DNA from: Bacteroidales bacterium
GTDB lineage: Bacteria > Bacteroidota > Bacteroidia > Bacteroidales > UBA932
Direction of reading: 5' to 3'
NCBI GenBank assembly: GCA_015060335.1
Contig: SUYR01000017.1
Span: 36 to 64,035, forward strand
Length of the DNA: 64,000 nucleotides
The notes beneath the pieces are model-generated. The model was not told the DNA's origin, ran no database searches, and worked only from the letters and a program-made list of their open reading frames with translations. Numbering within the stretch: the stretch's first letter is position 1; the number at the start of each line of letters is the position of its first letter. Positions 26,033 through 35,459 of this stretch are shown piece after piece. The translations under genes and the position numbers were made by a program.

Positions 26033-27475
26033 GCTGTCTCCGAAGTCTTTGCGGAACTTGTCCATCAGTTTTGACGGCCAGTCGCTTGTCGGTTCAAGAC
26101 CTCCCATGAAGAAACGGAGTACAGGCGGCTCGTATGTGAACTTAAGACCTCCGATAAGGTGCCTGTTGTCCCACAGCCATGTCATGCGGTCGATCACATA
26201 GTTGATCTGTGAGAGTGTGAACACACGGCGAGGTACGGCAAGACGGAGAAGCTCTACGTCTGCAAGAATCTCCTTGCCTTCTTCGTCACGTACGCTGGAC
26301 ATTGTTCCTCTTTCCATTCCGCGGATACCTGAGCAGATGTAGAAAGCGGCAGCAAGTGCTCCGGCAGGGTATTCTTCCTGAGGGATGTGTTTACAGAACT
26401 CCATAGCATTTACATGGGCACCAAGTACTCCCGGAGGTGTCACCATAGGAATACCCCTCTTCTCAAGTTCTTCAACGAGATATTTGATGTAGGTAGGACT
26501 CTGGCATATCATTGTCTCGTCAAGAGTTTCGTAGAGACCGACTGCCATAGCCTCGATTTCCCTCACTGAGATACCTCCGTATGTGAGGAAACCTTCGTAA
26601 AGCGGAATCATTGCCTCCATCTTTGCATAAAGGGCTTTCTGATTTGTGCAGATACCGCCACCTCGTGATGAAGAAAGCTTGCGTGCAGAGAAGTAAACAA
26701 GGTCGGCAAGTCCTGTCATCATCTTCAGGATCTCTCCCATTGTGTTCTCTTTCCAGTTGTCCTCGCGCTGCTTGATCAGGTAGGCGTTCTCTCCGATAAG
26801 GCTGGCGTCAAGCACGAGCATGATGCCGTATTTGTCTGCTATCCTTCTGACATCCATTAGGTTGGCAAGAGAGAAAGGCTGTCCACCGATAAGGTTTGTA
26901 GAGGCCTCCATACGGATGAACGGAATGTTCTCTACACCATTTTCCTGAATGCATTTCTCAAGTTTCTCGATATCCATGTTTCCTTTGAACGGATGGTCGG
27001 ACTTGAGCTGGAATGCATGGTCATGAAGGAGTTCCTCGATCTTACCTCCGTTCTCGGTCACATGGGCGAGTACGGTGGTGAAGTGGTAGTTCATTGGGAT
27101 TACATTGCCCGGCTTTACGAATGTACGGCAGATTACATTTTCTGCTGCACGTCCCTGATGCACAGGAAGGAGATATTTCTTTCCGAGTACATCTTCAACA
27201 GCTTTCTGAAGTCTCTCGAATGACTGAGAACCTGCATATGCATCGTCAGCTCGCATCATTGCTGAAAGCTGATTGTCGCTCATCGCATTAGTTCCACTAT
27301 CGGTGAGCATGTCGAGATATACGTCCTTTGTTCCAAGTCTGAATGTGTTGAATCCTGCTTCCTTCATGGCGTCGAGACGACGTTCAACAGGTACAAGATG
27401 AAGTTTCTGAACTACACGTACCTTGTGCAGTTCAAGAGGCATGTCCGGGCCTTTGTAGAATTTTACCATTCCCAT
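26027..27475 (-). CDS. PLP-dependent beta-eliminating lyase, tryptophanase/tyrosine phenol-lyase family
   Basis: DMLTDSGT, DDAYAGS, HQGRAAE, GGQPFS, SARK (PLP Lys), YEGFLTYGG, RLAVPRRV, LRFF. Confidence 0.9.
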   Translation of the reverse strand: MGMVKFYKGPDMPLELHKVRVVQKLHLVPVERRLDAMKEAGFNTFRLGTKDVYLDMLTDSGTNAMSDNQLSAMMRADDAYAGSQSFERLQKAVEDVLGKKYLLPVHQGRAAENVICRTFVKPGNVIPMNYHFTTVLAHVTENGGKIEELLHDHAFQLKSDHPFKGNMDIEKLEKCIQENGVENIPFIRMEASTNLIGGQPFSLANLMDVRRIADKYGIMLVLDASLIGENAYLIKQREDNWKENTMGEILKMMTGLADLVYFSARKLSSSRGGGICTNQKALYAKMEAMIPLYEGFLTYGGISVREIEAMAVGLYETLDETMICQSPTYIKYLVEELEKRGIPMVTPPGVLGAHVNAMEFCKHIPQEEYPAGALAAAFYICSGIRGMERGTMSSVRDEEGKEILADVELLRLAVPRRVFTLSQINYVIDRMTWLWDNRHLIGGLKFTYEPPVLRFFMGGLEPTSDWPSKLMDKFRKDFGDSL

Positions 27476-27503
27476 AATCGGTTCGTTTTATAGTTGTTAT
27501 TAA

Positions 27504-29006
27504 TTATCCGCAGTGAAAATACTTCTCTACCAGATCGAGCATCTTTTCCCTGTCCTCTCCTATGTCGGCGCGAAGAGTCCTGTCGCTGTATGAGCGGAGT
27601 TTTCTGATGATTCCGTCAATCATGGCAGGGGAGAATACATTATATTTCTCAAATATATCCCTCTGGCTTTCAAGACAGTCTGCCGATGCTTCGCAGCTGT
27701 CAGGAAGACATGCAAGTGAGGCGAGTCTGTCTGCGTTCTCCTTCTGGTGGATATTTACATTTACGTATGTCTTTTCTGCAATCTCAAGCGCATTCTTCAT
27801 CTCAAAACCATGACGGCATGCCACTGCAAGACCAGCAATGAGCTGATAAAGGTCTGCCGATCCGTCTGGAGAACGCATTTCCACAGTCTGTTTCTGCGAA
27901 GTGTCGTAGTTGCTCAGCTGCTCGAGAGGATTTGCAATCTGGCACATGTCGCTTTTTGCCGCCCAGCCGAGAGGAACTCTTACAAGTACAGAACGGTTGC
28001 GGTCGCCCCAGCATATGTTGGTAGGAGCCTCCTGATGAGGAACAAGACGGAAATAAGAAGTCGGATTTGTATTGCCGAAAGCTGTAATCGAAGGAGCGAG
28101 TTCCATCATTCCTGCAATTGCCGTACGTGCAGTCTTTGAAAGAATACCATCTTCCAACATCATGTTCTGTCCGTCCTTCACAATGCGCATGTGTACGTGT
28201 AGGCCTGATCCTGCCTTTCCAGCAGTAATTTTAGGTGCGAAAGTGATGTCATAACCTGACTTGTATGCAAGGTTACGGATTATCCATTTTGCAATCATAA
28301 GCTGGTCCGCAGCATCTGCAGCATTTACAGGAAGAAACTCTATTTCATTCTGCTCATATATCTTTCCGTCAATGGTGAAGTTGCCGACTTCGCTGTGACC
28401 ATATTTAATCTGTCCGCCTGCCTGGGCTATATATGCCATGCATTGTGTGCGGAACTCGTTGAATTTTGCATATGGCGCAGATTCATGGTATCCTTTCTGG
28501 TCGGTGGCAGGGAATATTCCTGTATCTGGTGCTATGACGTAATACTCAAGCTCTCCCATAGCCTGAAACTCCATTCCTGTGACATCATTGAATGCCTTGC
28601 ATGCCTTTTTCAGGGTATTTTCAGGAGAACTTTCGAGTGGCTCTCCATCCTTGTTGAAATAAGAACAGAGCATCGATATAGTTGGAATTTCTGCAAAAGG
28701 GTCCAGAAATGCAGTACTGAATCGCGGAAGTACATATAGATCACTGCTGCCTGCTTCTATGAAAGGGAAGAGGCTGGATCCGTCCACCCGCTCTCCGCAG
28801 GTCAGGATTGCGTCAAGGTATGCTGCGTTGTTGATTACGAAGTTAAGTGTCTTGAGCCTTCCGTCTCCTGCAGGATACATGAAGTTGACCATTCTGATGC
28901 CGTTGTCTGTAATGTATCTTACAATATCAGCCTTAGTAAATTCCTTGCAAGGCTTTCCAAGAGCCGCTACAAGTTTGTTGGGATTCAAAGCAAGTTCGTT
29001 GTTCAT
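27504..29006 (-). CDS. glnA: Glutamine synthetase family protein (GSI-like)
   Basis: DGSS, GELEYY, HSEVG, QNEIEF, GSGLHVH, RLVPHQEAP, NRSVLVRVP, EMRSPD. Confidence 0.85.
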   Translation of the reverse strand: MNNELALNPNKLVAALGKPCKEFTKADIVRYITDNGIRMVNFMYPAGDGRLKTLNFVINNAAYLDAILTCGERVDGSSLFPFIEAGSSDLYVLPRFSTAFLDPFAEIPTISMLCSYFNKDGEPLESSPENTLKKACKAFNDVTGMEFQAMGELEYYVIAPDTGIFPATDQKGYHESAPYAKFNEFRTQCMAYIAQAGGQIKYGHSEVGNFTIDGKIYEQNEIEFLPVNAADAADQLMIAKWIIRNLAYKSGYDITFAPKITAGKAGSGLHVHMRIVKDGQNMMLEDGILSKTARTAIAGMMELAPSITAFGNTNPTSYFRLVPHQEAPTNICWGDRNRSVLVRVPLGWAAKSDMCQIANPLEQLSNYDTSQKQTVEMRSPDGSADLYQLIAGLAVACRHGFEMKNALEIAEKTYVNVNIHQKENADRLASLACLPDSCEASADCLESQRDIFEKYNVFSPAMIDGIIRKLRSYSDRTLRADIGEDREKMLDLVEKYFHCG

Positions 29007-29045
29007 ATATAGTGTCTGTTTACAAATTTCACATCGGAAATCTCA

Positions 29046-29083
29046 CAAAATTAAATATTAATTATGATAATTCCATATATTTG
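29046..29083. promoter_or_regulatory. Divergent -7 promoter boxes
   Basis: TAATTTTG on - (29046-29053) and TATATTTG on + (29076-29083) between the glnA-like and amidase genes. Confidence 0.55.
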
Positions 29084-29105
29084 TGTTCGGAAACTGACAT
29101 GACTG

Positions 29106-29867
29106 ATGAAAGTAACTATTATACAGAGTGATATCGTATGGGGGAACCCTTCGGAAAATGTAAGGTCGGCAGATGAGGCCATAGACCGTAATCCCGGCTC
29201 TGACCTGTATATCCTGCCGGAAATGTTTTCTACAGGATTCTGTACATGTCCGGAAGGTATTGCGGAACCATCTGACGGCAGGACTCTCGAATGGATGAAA
29301 TCAAAGGCGTCTGAGACAGATGCTGCAATAGCTGGAAGTGTAGCCATCTGTGAAAATGGCAGATATTACAACAGATTTTATTTTGTCAAGCCGGACGGAA
29401 ACGTCACTACATATGACAAGAAGCATCTTTTTACTTTCGGTGGAGAACACAGACAGTTCACGGCAGGAGAGAAGAGAGTAGTAGTAGAGTGGAGAGAAGT
29501 CCGTATTCTGCTTGAGATATGCTATGACCTTCGTTTCCCTGTGTGGGCTCGTAACAGGGGAGATTATGATATGATAATATACGTGGCAAGCTGGCCTACG
29601 CCCCGTATAGAGGCATGGAAGGCACTTCTGACAGCCCGTGCGATAGAGAATCAGTGTTATGTTGCAGGAGTCAATCGTGTGGGAACAGATCCTTCAAACG
29701 AATATTGCGGAGGCAGCCGTCTGATCGATCCGTATGGAAGAGTCGTCGAGGCTTGCGAGGATAACTCTCAGTCAGAGAAGACTGCAGATGTGGATATGAT
29801 GGCTTTGAAGTCATTCAGGGAGAAATTTCCTGTTCTAAATGATGCGGATTATGAAGATTTTCAGTGA
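29106..29867 (+). CDS. Nitrilase-family amidohydrolase (omega-amidase, YafV/MtnU-like)
   Basis: Intact E-K-C triad: LPEMF, YDKKHLF, ICYDLRFP; also ARAIENQ. Confidence 0.9.
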   Translation: MKVTIIQSDIVWGNPSENVRSADEAIDRNPGSDLYILPEMFSTGFCTCPEGIAEPSDGRTLEWMKSKASETDAAIAGSVAICENGRYYNRFYFVKPDGNVTTYDKKHLFTFGGEHRQFTAGEKRVVVEWREVRILLEICYDLRFPVWARNRGDYDMIIYVASWPTPRIEAWKALLTARAIENQCYVAGVNRVGTDPSNEYCGGSRLIDPYGRVVEACEDNSQSEKTADVDMMALKSFREKFPVLNDADYEDFQ

Positions 29868-31170
29868 AGAATTAGTGAATAAGGCGGTGCAGGATCTGCA
29901 TATCGCCAACCTTTCCAGTGCAACCATAGGAGAAGTGCTGCTGGTGGCGCAATATCTTGAAAAAGAGACAGGTATTCCTTTTGTCCGTATGGATCAGGGC
30001 TCTCCCGGACTGCCTGTAAACAGATATGGTGTGGAGGCAGAAAAGGCGGCTCTTGACAGAGGAGTCGGTTCCCAATATCCTGCTGCAGCAGGTGTGCCTG
30101 AACTGAAGCAGGAGGCCTCAAGATTTGTAAAGGCATTCCTTGACATCGATGTCTCGGCACGCAGCTGTGTGCCAACTGTAGGAAGCGTAGCTGGCTCATT
30201 CGGATCTTTCATTGCATGTACCCAGCGTATTCCTGGTAAGGACAAGGTGCTGTTCATTGATCCCGGTTTCCCTATCCAGAAGTCTCAGCTGCGTGTAATA
30301 GGCGCTGATTGGAAGGAGTTTGATATCTATGCATACAGAGGTGAGAGGCTGCGTGAGAAACTGGAAGAAATGCTTTCTGAAGGGGATGTTGCCGCTATAG
30401 TGTATTCAAATCCAAACAATCCCGCATGGATCTGTCTCGAGGAAAACGAACTTGCCATAATCGGAGAACTTGCGACAAAGCATGATGTGATTGTCATGGA
30501 GGACCTTGCATATTTCTGTATGGACTACCGCTCGGATCTGGGACGTCCGTTCATGGCACCATATGCTCCCACTGTTGCAAAATACACTGACAATTATATC
30601 CTGATGCTTTCTTCATCAAAGATATTCAGCTATGCCGGTCAGAGAATGGCTATGATATGCATAAGTGACAGATTGTATGAAGAGCATTTTCCTGCCTTGG
30701 CAGACAGATACAAGGATTCGGGAGTCTTTGGTGAGACATTGGTTGCATCAATTCTTTATATGATCACTTCCGGATGTACGGCGTCCACCCAGTATGCTTA
30801 TGCTGAGATGCTAAGGCTGTCTACAGAGGGTATGCTTGATTTCGTGGATGATACACGTGAATATGCTGTCAGGGCGGAAAAGATGAAGAAGATATTTACT
30901 GACAATGGCTTTCATATAGTATATGACAAGGATGTCACCAGGACAGTCGGTGACGGATTCTTTTTTACCATAGGATATGGAAACATGACAGGAGGCGAAC
31001 TGTTGAGGGAACTGCTGTACTACGGAGTGAGCAGTATTTCACTTTCTACAACAGGCAGTCGTCAGAACGGCGTACGTGCATGTACGTCAAGGATGCGTGA
31101 TGAATTATATGAAGTACTCCGCGAACGAATGATTGCGTTCCGAGAGGATCACCCAATAAACGAACTTTAA
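29851..31170 (+). CDS. PLP-dependent aminotransferase, class I/II
   Basis: YSNPNNP, EDLAY, SSSKIFSYAGQR. Confidence 0.88.
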   Translation: MKIFSEELVNKAVQDLHIANLSSATIGEVLLVAQYLEKETGIPFVRMDQGSPGLPVNRYGVEAEKAALDRGVGSQYPAAAGVPELKQEASRFVKAFLDIDVSARSCVPTVGSVAGSFGSFIACTQRIPGKDKVLFIDPGFPIQKSQLRVIGADWKEFDIYAYRGERLREKLEEMLSEGDVAAIVYSNPNNPAWICLEENELAIIGELATKHDVIVMEDLAYFCMDYRSDLGRPFMAPYAPTVAKYTDNYILMLSSSKIFSYAGQRMAMICISDRLYEEHFPALADRYKDSGVFGETLVASILYMITSGCTASTQYAYAEMLRLSTEGMLDFVDDTREYAVRAEKMKKIFTDNGFHIVYDKDVTRTVGDGFFFTIGYGNMTGGELLRELLYYGVSSISLSTTGSRQNGVRACTSRMRDELYEVLRERMIAFREDHPINEL

Positions 31171-31171
31171 T

Positions 31172-32473
31172 ATGATCTGGAATCCTAACAAAGAATGTAT
31201 GAGCCGCAAGAACATGCGCGAGCTCCAAGGAAAAAGACTTCAGAAACTGGTACAGTATGTCTATCACAATGTACCGTTCTACAGGCACAAGATGCAGGAG
31301 ATGAACATTTCTCCTGAGGATATCGTGACGATCGATGATATCGTGAAGTTACCGTTTACTACCAAGCAGGACCTCAGGGACAATTACCCATATGGTCTTC
31401 AGGCAGCTCCGGCATCCGAAATAGTACGTGTACATGCCTCATCTGGAACGACCGGCAACCCAACAATTGTAGGATATACCCGTAAGGACCTTGCGGTTTG
31501 GTCTGAGGTGATGACACGTTGTCTTACGGCATTTGGGGTTACCCGTGATGATACATTCTCTGTAAGTTATGGCTACGGACTCTTTACTGGTGGTCTCGGA
31601 GCTCATTACGGTGTGGAAAATCTTGGAGCAACAGTAATTCCCGCCTCTACCGGTAATACAGAGAAACACATCCGTCTGATTCGTGATCTTAACATTACAG
31701 GTATAGCTTGTACTCCTTCCTATGCTCTTTATCTTGCTGAGACACTTGACAAGATGGGCATCTCCAAGGAGCAGATAGGCCTTCGTGTAGGTGCCTTCGG
31801 TGCAGAGCCATGGACAGAAAACATGAGAAAGGAGATTGAAGAACGCCTTGGTCTCAAGGGTTATAATATCTATGGACTAAGTGAAATCATGGGTCCTGGA
31901 GTCTCTTATGAGTGTTCGGAGCAGAATGGTTCACATATCAATGAAGACCACTTCTATCCTGAAATCATCAATCCAGAGACTTTGGAACAGCTTCCTTACG
32001 GCGAGCAGGGAGAACTTGTCTTCACGACTCTTACCAAGGAAGGAATGCCGCTTCTGCGTTATCGTACCAAAGACCTGTGTACGCTTATGGAAGGGGAGTG
32101 CCCTTGCGGACGTACATCAGTGAGAATGAGCAGAATCGTCGGACGTAGTGATGACATGCTCATTATCCGTGGTATTAACGTCTTCCCGTCACAGGTAGAA
32201 AGCGTCATACTTGAAATGCCTGAATTTGAGCCTCAGTACATGCTTATCGTGGACCGTATCAATAATCTTGATACACTTCAGGTACAGGTAGAAGTGCGTA
32301 AAGACTATTTCAGTGATGATATAGGAAGTATGCTTGCAATGAAGAAGAGATTGTCCGACAAACTGAAGAGCGTGCTTTCAATAAGTGCTGACGTCCGTCT
32401 CATGGAGCCGGGCAGCATCGAGCGCTCTCAAGGCAAGGGCAAGCATGTGATCGACAACCGCAAGATGCAATAA
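31172..32473 (+). CDS. paaK: Phenylacetate-CoA ligase family protein
   Basis: HASSGTTGNP, YGYGLFTGGLG, FGAEPW, YGLSE, GRSDDMLIIRGINVFPSQ. Confidence 0.9.
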   Translation: MIWNPNKECMSRKNMRELQGKRLQKLVQYVYHNVPFYRHKMQEMNISPEDIVTIDDIVKLPFTTKQDLRDNYPYGLQAAPASEIVRVHASSGTTGNPTIVGYTRKDLAVWSEVMTRCLTAFGVTRDDTFSVSYGYGLFTGGLGAHYGVENLGATVIPASTGNTEKHIRLIRDLNITGIACTPSYALYLAETLDKMGISKEQIGLRVGAFGAEPWTENMRKEIEERLGLKGYNIYGLSEIMGPGVSYECSEQNGSHINEDHFYPEIINPETLEQLPYGEQGELVFTTLTKEGMPLLRYRTKDLCTLMEGECPCGRTSVRMSRIVGRSDDMLIIRGINVFPSQVESVILEMPEFEPQYMLIVDRINNLDTLQVQVEVRKDYFSDDIGSMLAMKKRLSDKLKSVLSISADVRLMEPGSIERSQGKGKHVIDNRKMQ

Positions 32474-32506
32474 TGATATTCCAGAACAAATTTAATTACA
32501 TAAGAT

Positions 32507-32917
32507 ATGACAATCAAACAATTGACCATATTCCTTGAAAACAGAACAGGAAGAATAAATGAGGTTGCCAGGATTCTTGGTGCGAACGGTATCAATATGA
32601 AGGCCTTCAGCATGGCTGAAACTGCCGATTTCGGACTTTTGCGTCTCATAGTACCGGAAGTGGAAAAGGCTGTCCAGGTACTTCGGGATGCCAGCTTTGC
32701 AGTAATGCTTACGGATGTAGTATGTCTCAATGTCCCTAATGTCCCTGGAGCACTTTCCGAGATTCTTGAAAGTCTTGCATGCAACGATATCTTTATCGAA
32801 TACATGTATGCATTCTCGGAAGGAGATTCCGCAAATGTCGTCATCCGCCCGAATGACATTGAAAAATGTTTGGGAGTTCTCAAGGACTGCACTTGCACTC
32901 TTCTCCAGACAGTCTGA
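32507..32917 (+). CDS. Tandem ACT-domain protein
   Basis: KQLTIFLENRTGR, DFGLLRLIV, IEYMYAF; the usual partner of paaK. Confidence 0.9.
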   Translation: MTIKQLTIFLENRTGRINEVARILGANGINMKAFSMAETADFGLLRLIVPEVEKAVQVLRDASFAVMLTDVVCLNVPNVPGALSEILESLACNDIFIEYMYAFSEGDSANVVIRPNDIEKCLGVLKDCTCTLLQTV

Positions 32918-32968
32918 CGACTACACCGCTTCAATGCACTGGCGCCTAAAATGCTGACGCTTAGGCGC

Positions 32969-33014
32969 TTACAGAAAAACGATTCCCCTGCACAGGGGAA
33001 TCGTTTTTCTGTAA
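32969..33014. terminator. Bidirectional terminator (perfect 22-bp inverted repeat)
   Basis: TTACAGAAAAACGATTCCCCTG-CA-CAGGGGAATCGTTTTTCTGTAA between convergent genes. Confidence 0.85.
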
Positions 33015-33045
33015 TACGTTGATAATAAGCGTTTTGGACGGCAGG

Positions 33046-33420
33046 CTAAAGTTCTGTCTTCCAAAGCCCGTGCAGGTTGCAGTATTCATACACTGCCAAT
33101 GGCTTGCCTGAGCATACGCAGATTTCTGCTTCCGGCTTGTCTGTCAGGTCGATCCTTATGCCCCCGTTTTCAGTCTCTACATAAATGAAGGCTATGAAAT
33201 GCTCGGGAATCATCGGATGCGGCAGACTTCCTACTTCAACCTTGATCTTGCAGTCATTGATCTTTGTCACTACAGGTACATGCTTTTCGTTACTTGCATC
33301 TACAGTGTTTGGAATCAGTTCCTGCATTTTTTCTCCGCAGCAGACTACGGGTACCTTTGAGTCAACCACCTTGTGGATTACATTGCCGCAATGACGGCAT
33401 TTATAAAATTTTGTTGCCAT
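33046..33420 (-). CDS. Desulfoferrodoxin (superoxide reductase)
   Basis: CxxC...CC centre I; EKHVP, HPM-x-x-EH and YCNLHGLW centre II. Confidence 0.93.
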   Translation of the reverse strand: MATKFYKCRHCGNVIHKVVDSKVPVVCCGEKMQELIPNTVDASNEKHVPVVTKINDCKIKVEVGSLPHPMIPEHFIAFIYVETENGGIRIDLTDKPEAEICVCSGKPLAVYEYCNLHGLWKTEL

Positions 33421-33468
33421 ATCTTGAATGTTTACGGAAGATAGTCAAATATCGAACCAATAAGTAAC

Positions 33469-35451
33469 TTATTTTGCCTTGTATGCCTCCAGACCGCCTT
33501 TCAAAAAGTCTGTGAAGCCTTCAACAGAAAGGTCATATCCTCTTACAGGAGCAAGCAGTTCGCCCTCAGGAGAGAGAAGTATATAATTTGGCTGTGCATT
33601 CACGTTCCAAAGTGTACGTGCAGTATATGAGTTCGCTCGTCCCAGATCCTTATATACCTTGCCGGTCTCGGCATCAGTCACCCAATCTTCCTTGTCAAGC
33701 TTCTGCTTGTCATCTGTATAGAGGGCAACGATTACAAAGTCATTTTTAAGCATGTCAAGTACAGAAGGAGCACTCCATACGCGTGATTCCATTTCACGGC
33801 AGTTTACGCATCCATGTCCTGTAACATCAACAAATACAGGCTTGCCTGCCTTACGTGCTGCCTCAAGTCCTTCGTTGAGGTCGAAGTATCCGTTGAGTCC
33901 AAGCGGGAGGTGCAGCCCGTATTTCTCTGCGCTCTCCGAAGCAAAATCATCGCATTCAGCACAATTCTCTTCTGCAGCCTGGACGGATCCGCCACCCATT
34001 ACGAAGTCCTGGGTCGTGATAGGAGGCATATAACCAGAAAGTGCCTTCAATGGCGCTCCCCACATTCCAGGGATAAGATATACTACGAATGAGAAGACTG
34101 CAATTACAAGAGTAAGTCTGGTCACTGAAAGATGCTCCACAGGCTCGTCATGGGCAAATCTGATCTTGCCGAGCAGATACAGTCCAAGGAGAGTGAAGAT
34201 TACTATCCAGATTGCAAGGTACACTTCTCTGTCAAGTATTCCCCAATGGTATGTCTGGTCAGCTACACTGAGGAATTTCAGTCCGAGAGCAAGCTCTACG
34301 AATCCAAGTACGACCTTTACTGAATTGAGCCATCCGCCACCGCTCTTCTTGAACTTCTTCAGAAGTGAAGGCGAGAATGCAAGAATGGTGAAAGGCAATG
34401 CAAAGGCTACTGAGAATGCAAGCATTGTCACCATTGGCTCCCAAAATTCTCCCTGAGTCGATTTTATAAGTACAGATCCTACAATCGGCCCTGTGCATGA
34501 GAATGATACCAGCACAAGGGTAAGCGCCATGAAGAATACTCCTGCAAGGCCCTTCTTGTCAGAGCCCTTGTCACTCTTGTTCACAAGAGACTGCGGGAGT
34601 GTAATCTCAAATGCTCCGAAGAATGAAGCTGCGAAGATCATGAATACAATGAAGAAAATGATGTTTGGCAGCCAATGCGTAGAGAGCCAGTTGAAAATGT
34701 CTGCTGTTACAGCATCACCTCCGATCACCTTTGTGAGCATGATGATGATGGATATCGGCAGGGTATAGAGCAATACAATGAATACACCATACATAGCAGC
34801 CTTGAATCGCCCCTGTCTCACGTTTTCAGATCCTTTCATGAAGAAAGAGACTGTCATAGGAACCATAGGGAATACGCATGGGGTAAGAAGCATCGCAAAG
34901 CCCCACAGTATAGCTTCAAGGATAAGAGTCCATATACGACCGTCGGACTCTTCTTCAGTATCTTCCGACAATGTCTCATTGTTGATCGGCATTACAGCAT
35001 ATGCCGGATCGACAGAGACGTTGAAGTCATAATATCCCGGACTGCATGCTCCGCTGTTACATGTGTTTGTGAAGATTGTTCCTTTGATGACTGCATCCGG
35101 ACCGGTGACCTTTACATTCTGTGCAATGATGATTTCATTATAATAATGCTTGGCCTGCTCACCGAACTCATCAATGACTTCTGTAGGAGTGCTGATTTCA
35201 TATGGATTTCCAACAAGTTCACAGCCGGAAACCTCGACATCCATGAACTCTGTTGCTGAGAATTCATCAGTCAGAGTATAGGTGTGGTATCCCTCTTCAA
35301 TCTTTCCGGTGAAGATGATTCTATATACGTCAGCCTCATCGGTGGCCTCTATGTGGGAACTCCATGTGAGGAGCTGCTTGCCCGAAAACCCTTGTGCAAA
35401 GGAGGCAATGCTTAATGCCAGGGCGGCAACAAATGCGAATATACGTTTCAT
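33469..35451 (-). CDS. dsbD: DsbD-family thiol:disulfide interchange protein
   Basis: LTPCVFPMVP, SFSCTGPI, multiple TM helices and thioredoxin CVNC. Confidence 0.9.
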   Translation of the reverse strand: MKRIFAFVAALALSIASFAQGFSGKQLLTWSSHIEATDEADVYRIIFTGKIEEGYHTYTLTDEFSATEFMDVEVSGCELVGNPYEISTPTEVIDEFGEQAKHYYNEIIIAQNVKVTGPDAVIKGTIFTNTCNSGACSPGYYDFNVSVDPAYAVMPINNETLSEDTEEESDGRIWTLILEAILWGFAMLLTPCVFPMVPMTVSFFMKGSENVRQGRFKAAMYGVFIVLLYTLPISIIIMLTKVIGGDAVTADIFNWLSTHWLPNIIFFIVFMIFAASFFGAFEITLPQSLVNKSDKGSDKKGLAGVFFMALTLVLVSFSCTGPIVGSVLIKSTQGEFWEPMVTMLAFSVAFALPFTILAFSPSLLKKFKKSGGGWLNSVKVVLGFVELALGLKFLSVADQTYHWGILDREVYLAIWIVIFTLLGLYLLGKIRFAHDEPVEHLSVTRLTLVIAVFSFVVYLIPGMWGAPLKALSGYMPPITTQDFVMGGGSVQAAEENCAECDDFASESAEKYGLHLPLGLNGYFDLNEGLEAARKAGKPVFVDVTGHGCVNCREMESRVWSAPSVLDMLKNDFVIVALYTDDKQKLDKEDWVTDAETGKVYKDLGRANSYTARTLWNVNAQPNYILLSPEGELLAPVRGYDLSVEGFTDFLKGGLEAYKAK

Positions 35452-35459
35452 TGTGATGT

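Noticed and set aside
32969-33014. Perfect 22-bp inverted repeat as a mobile element
   Set aside because: It sits between convergent genes with A/T runs on both arms, so a bidirectional terminator explains it.
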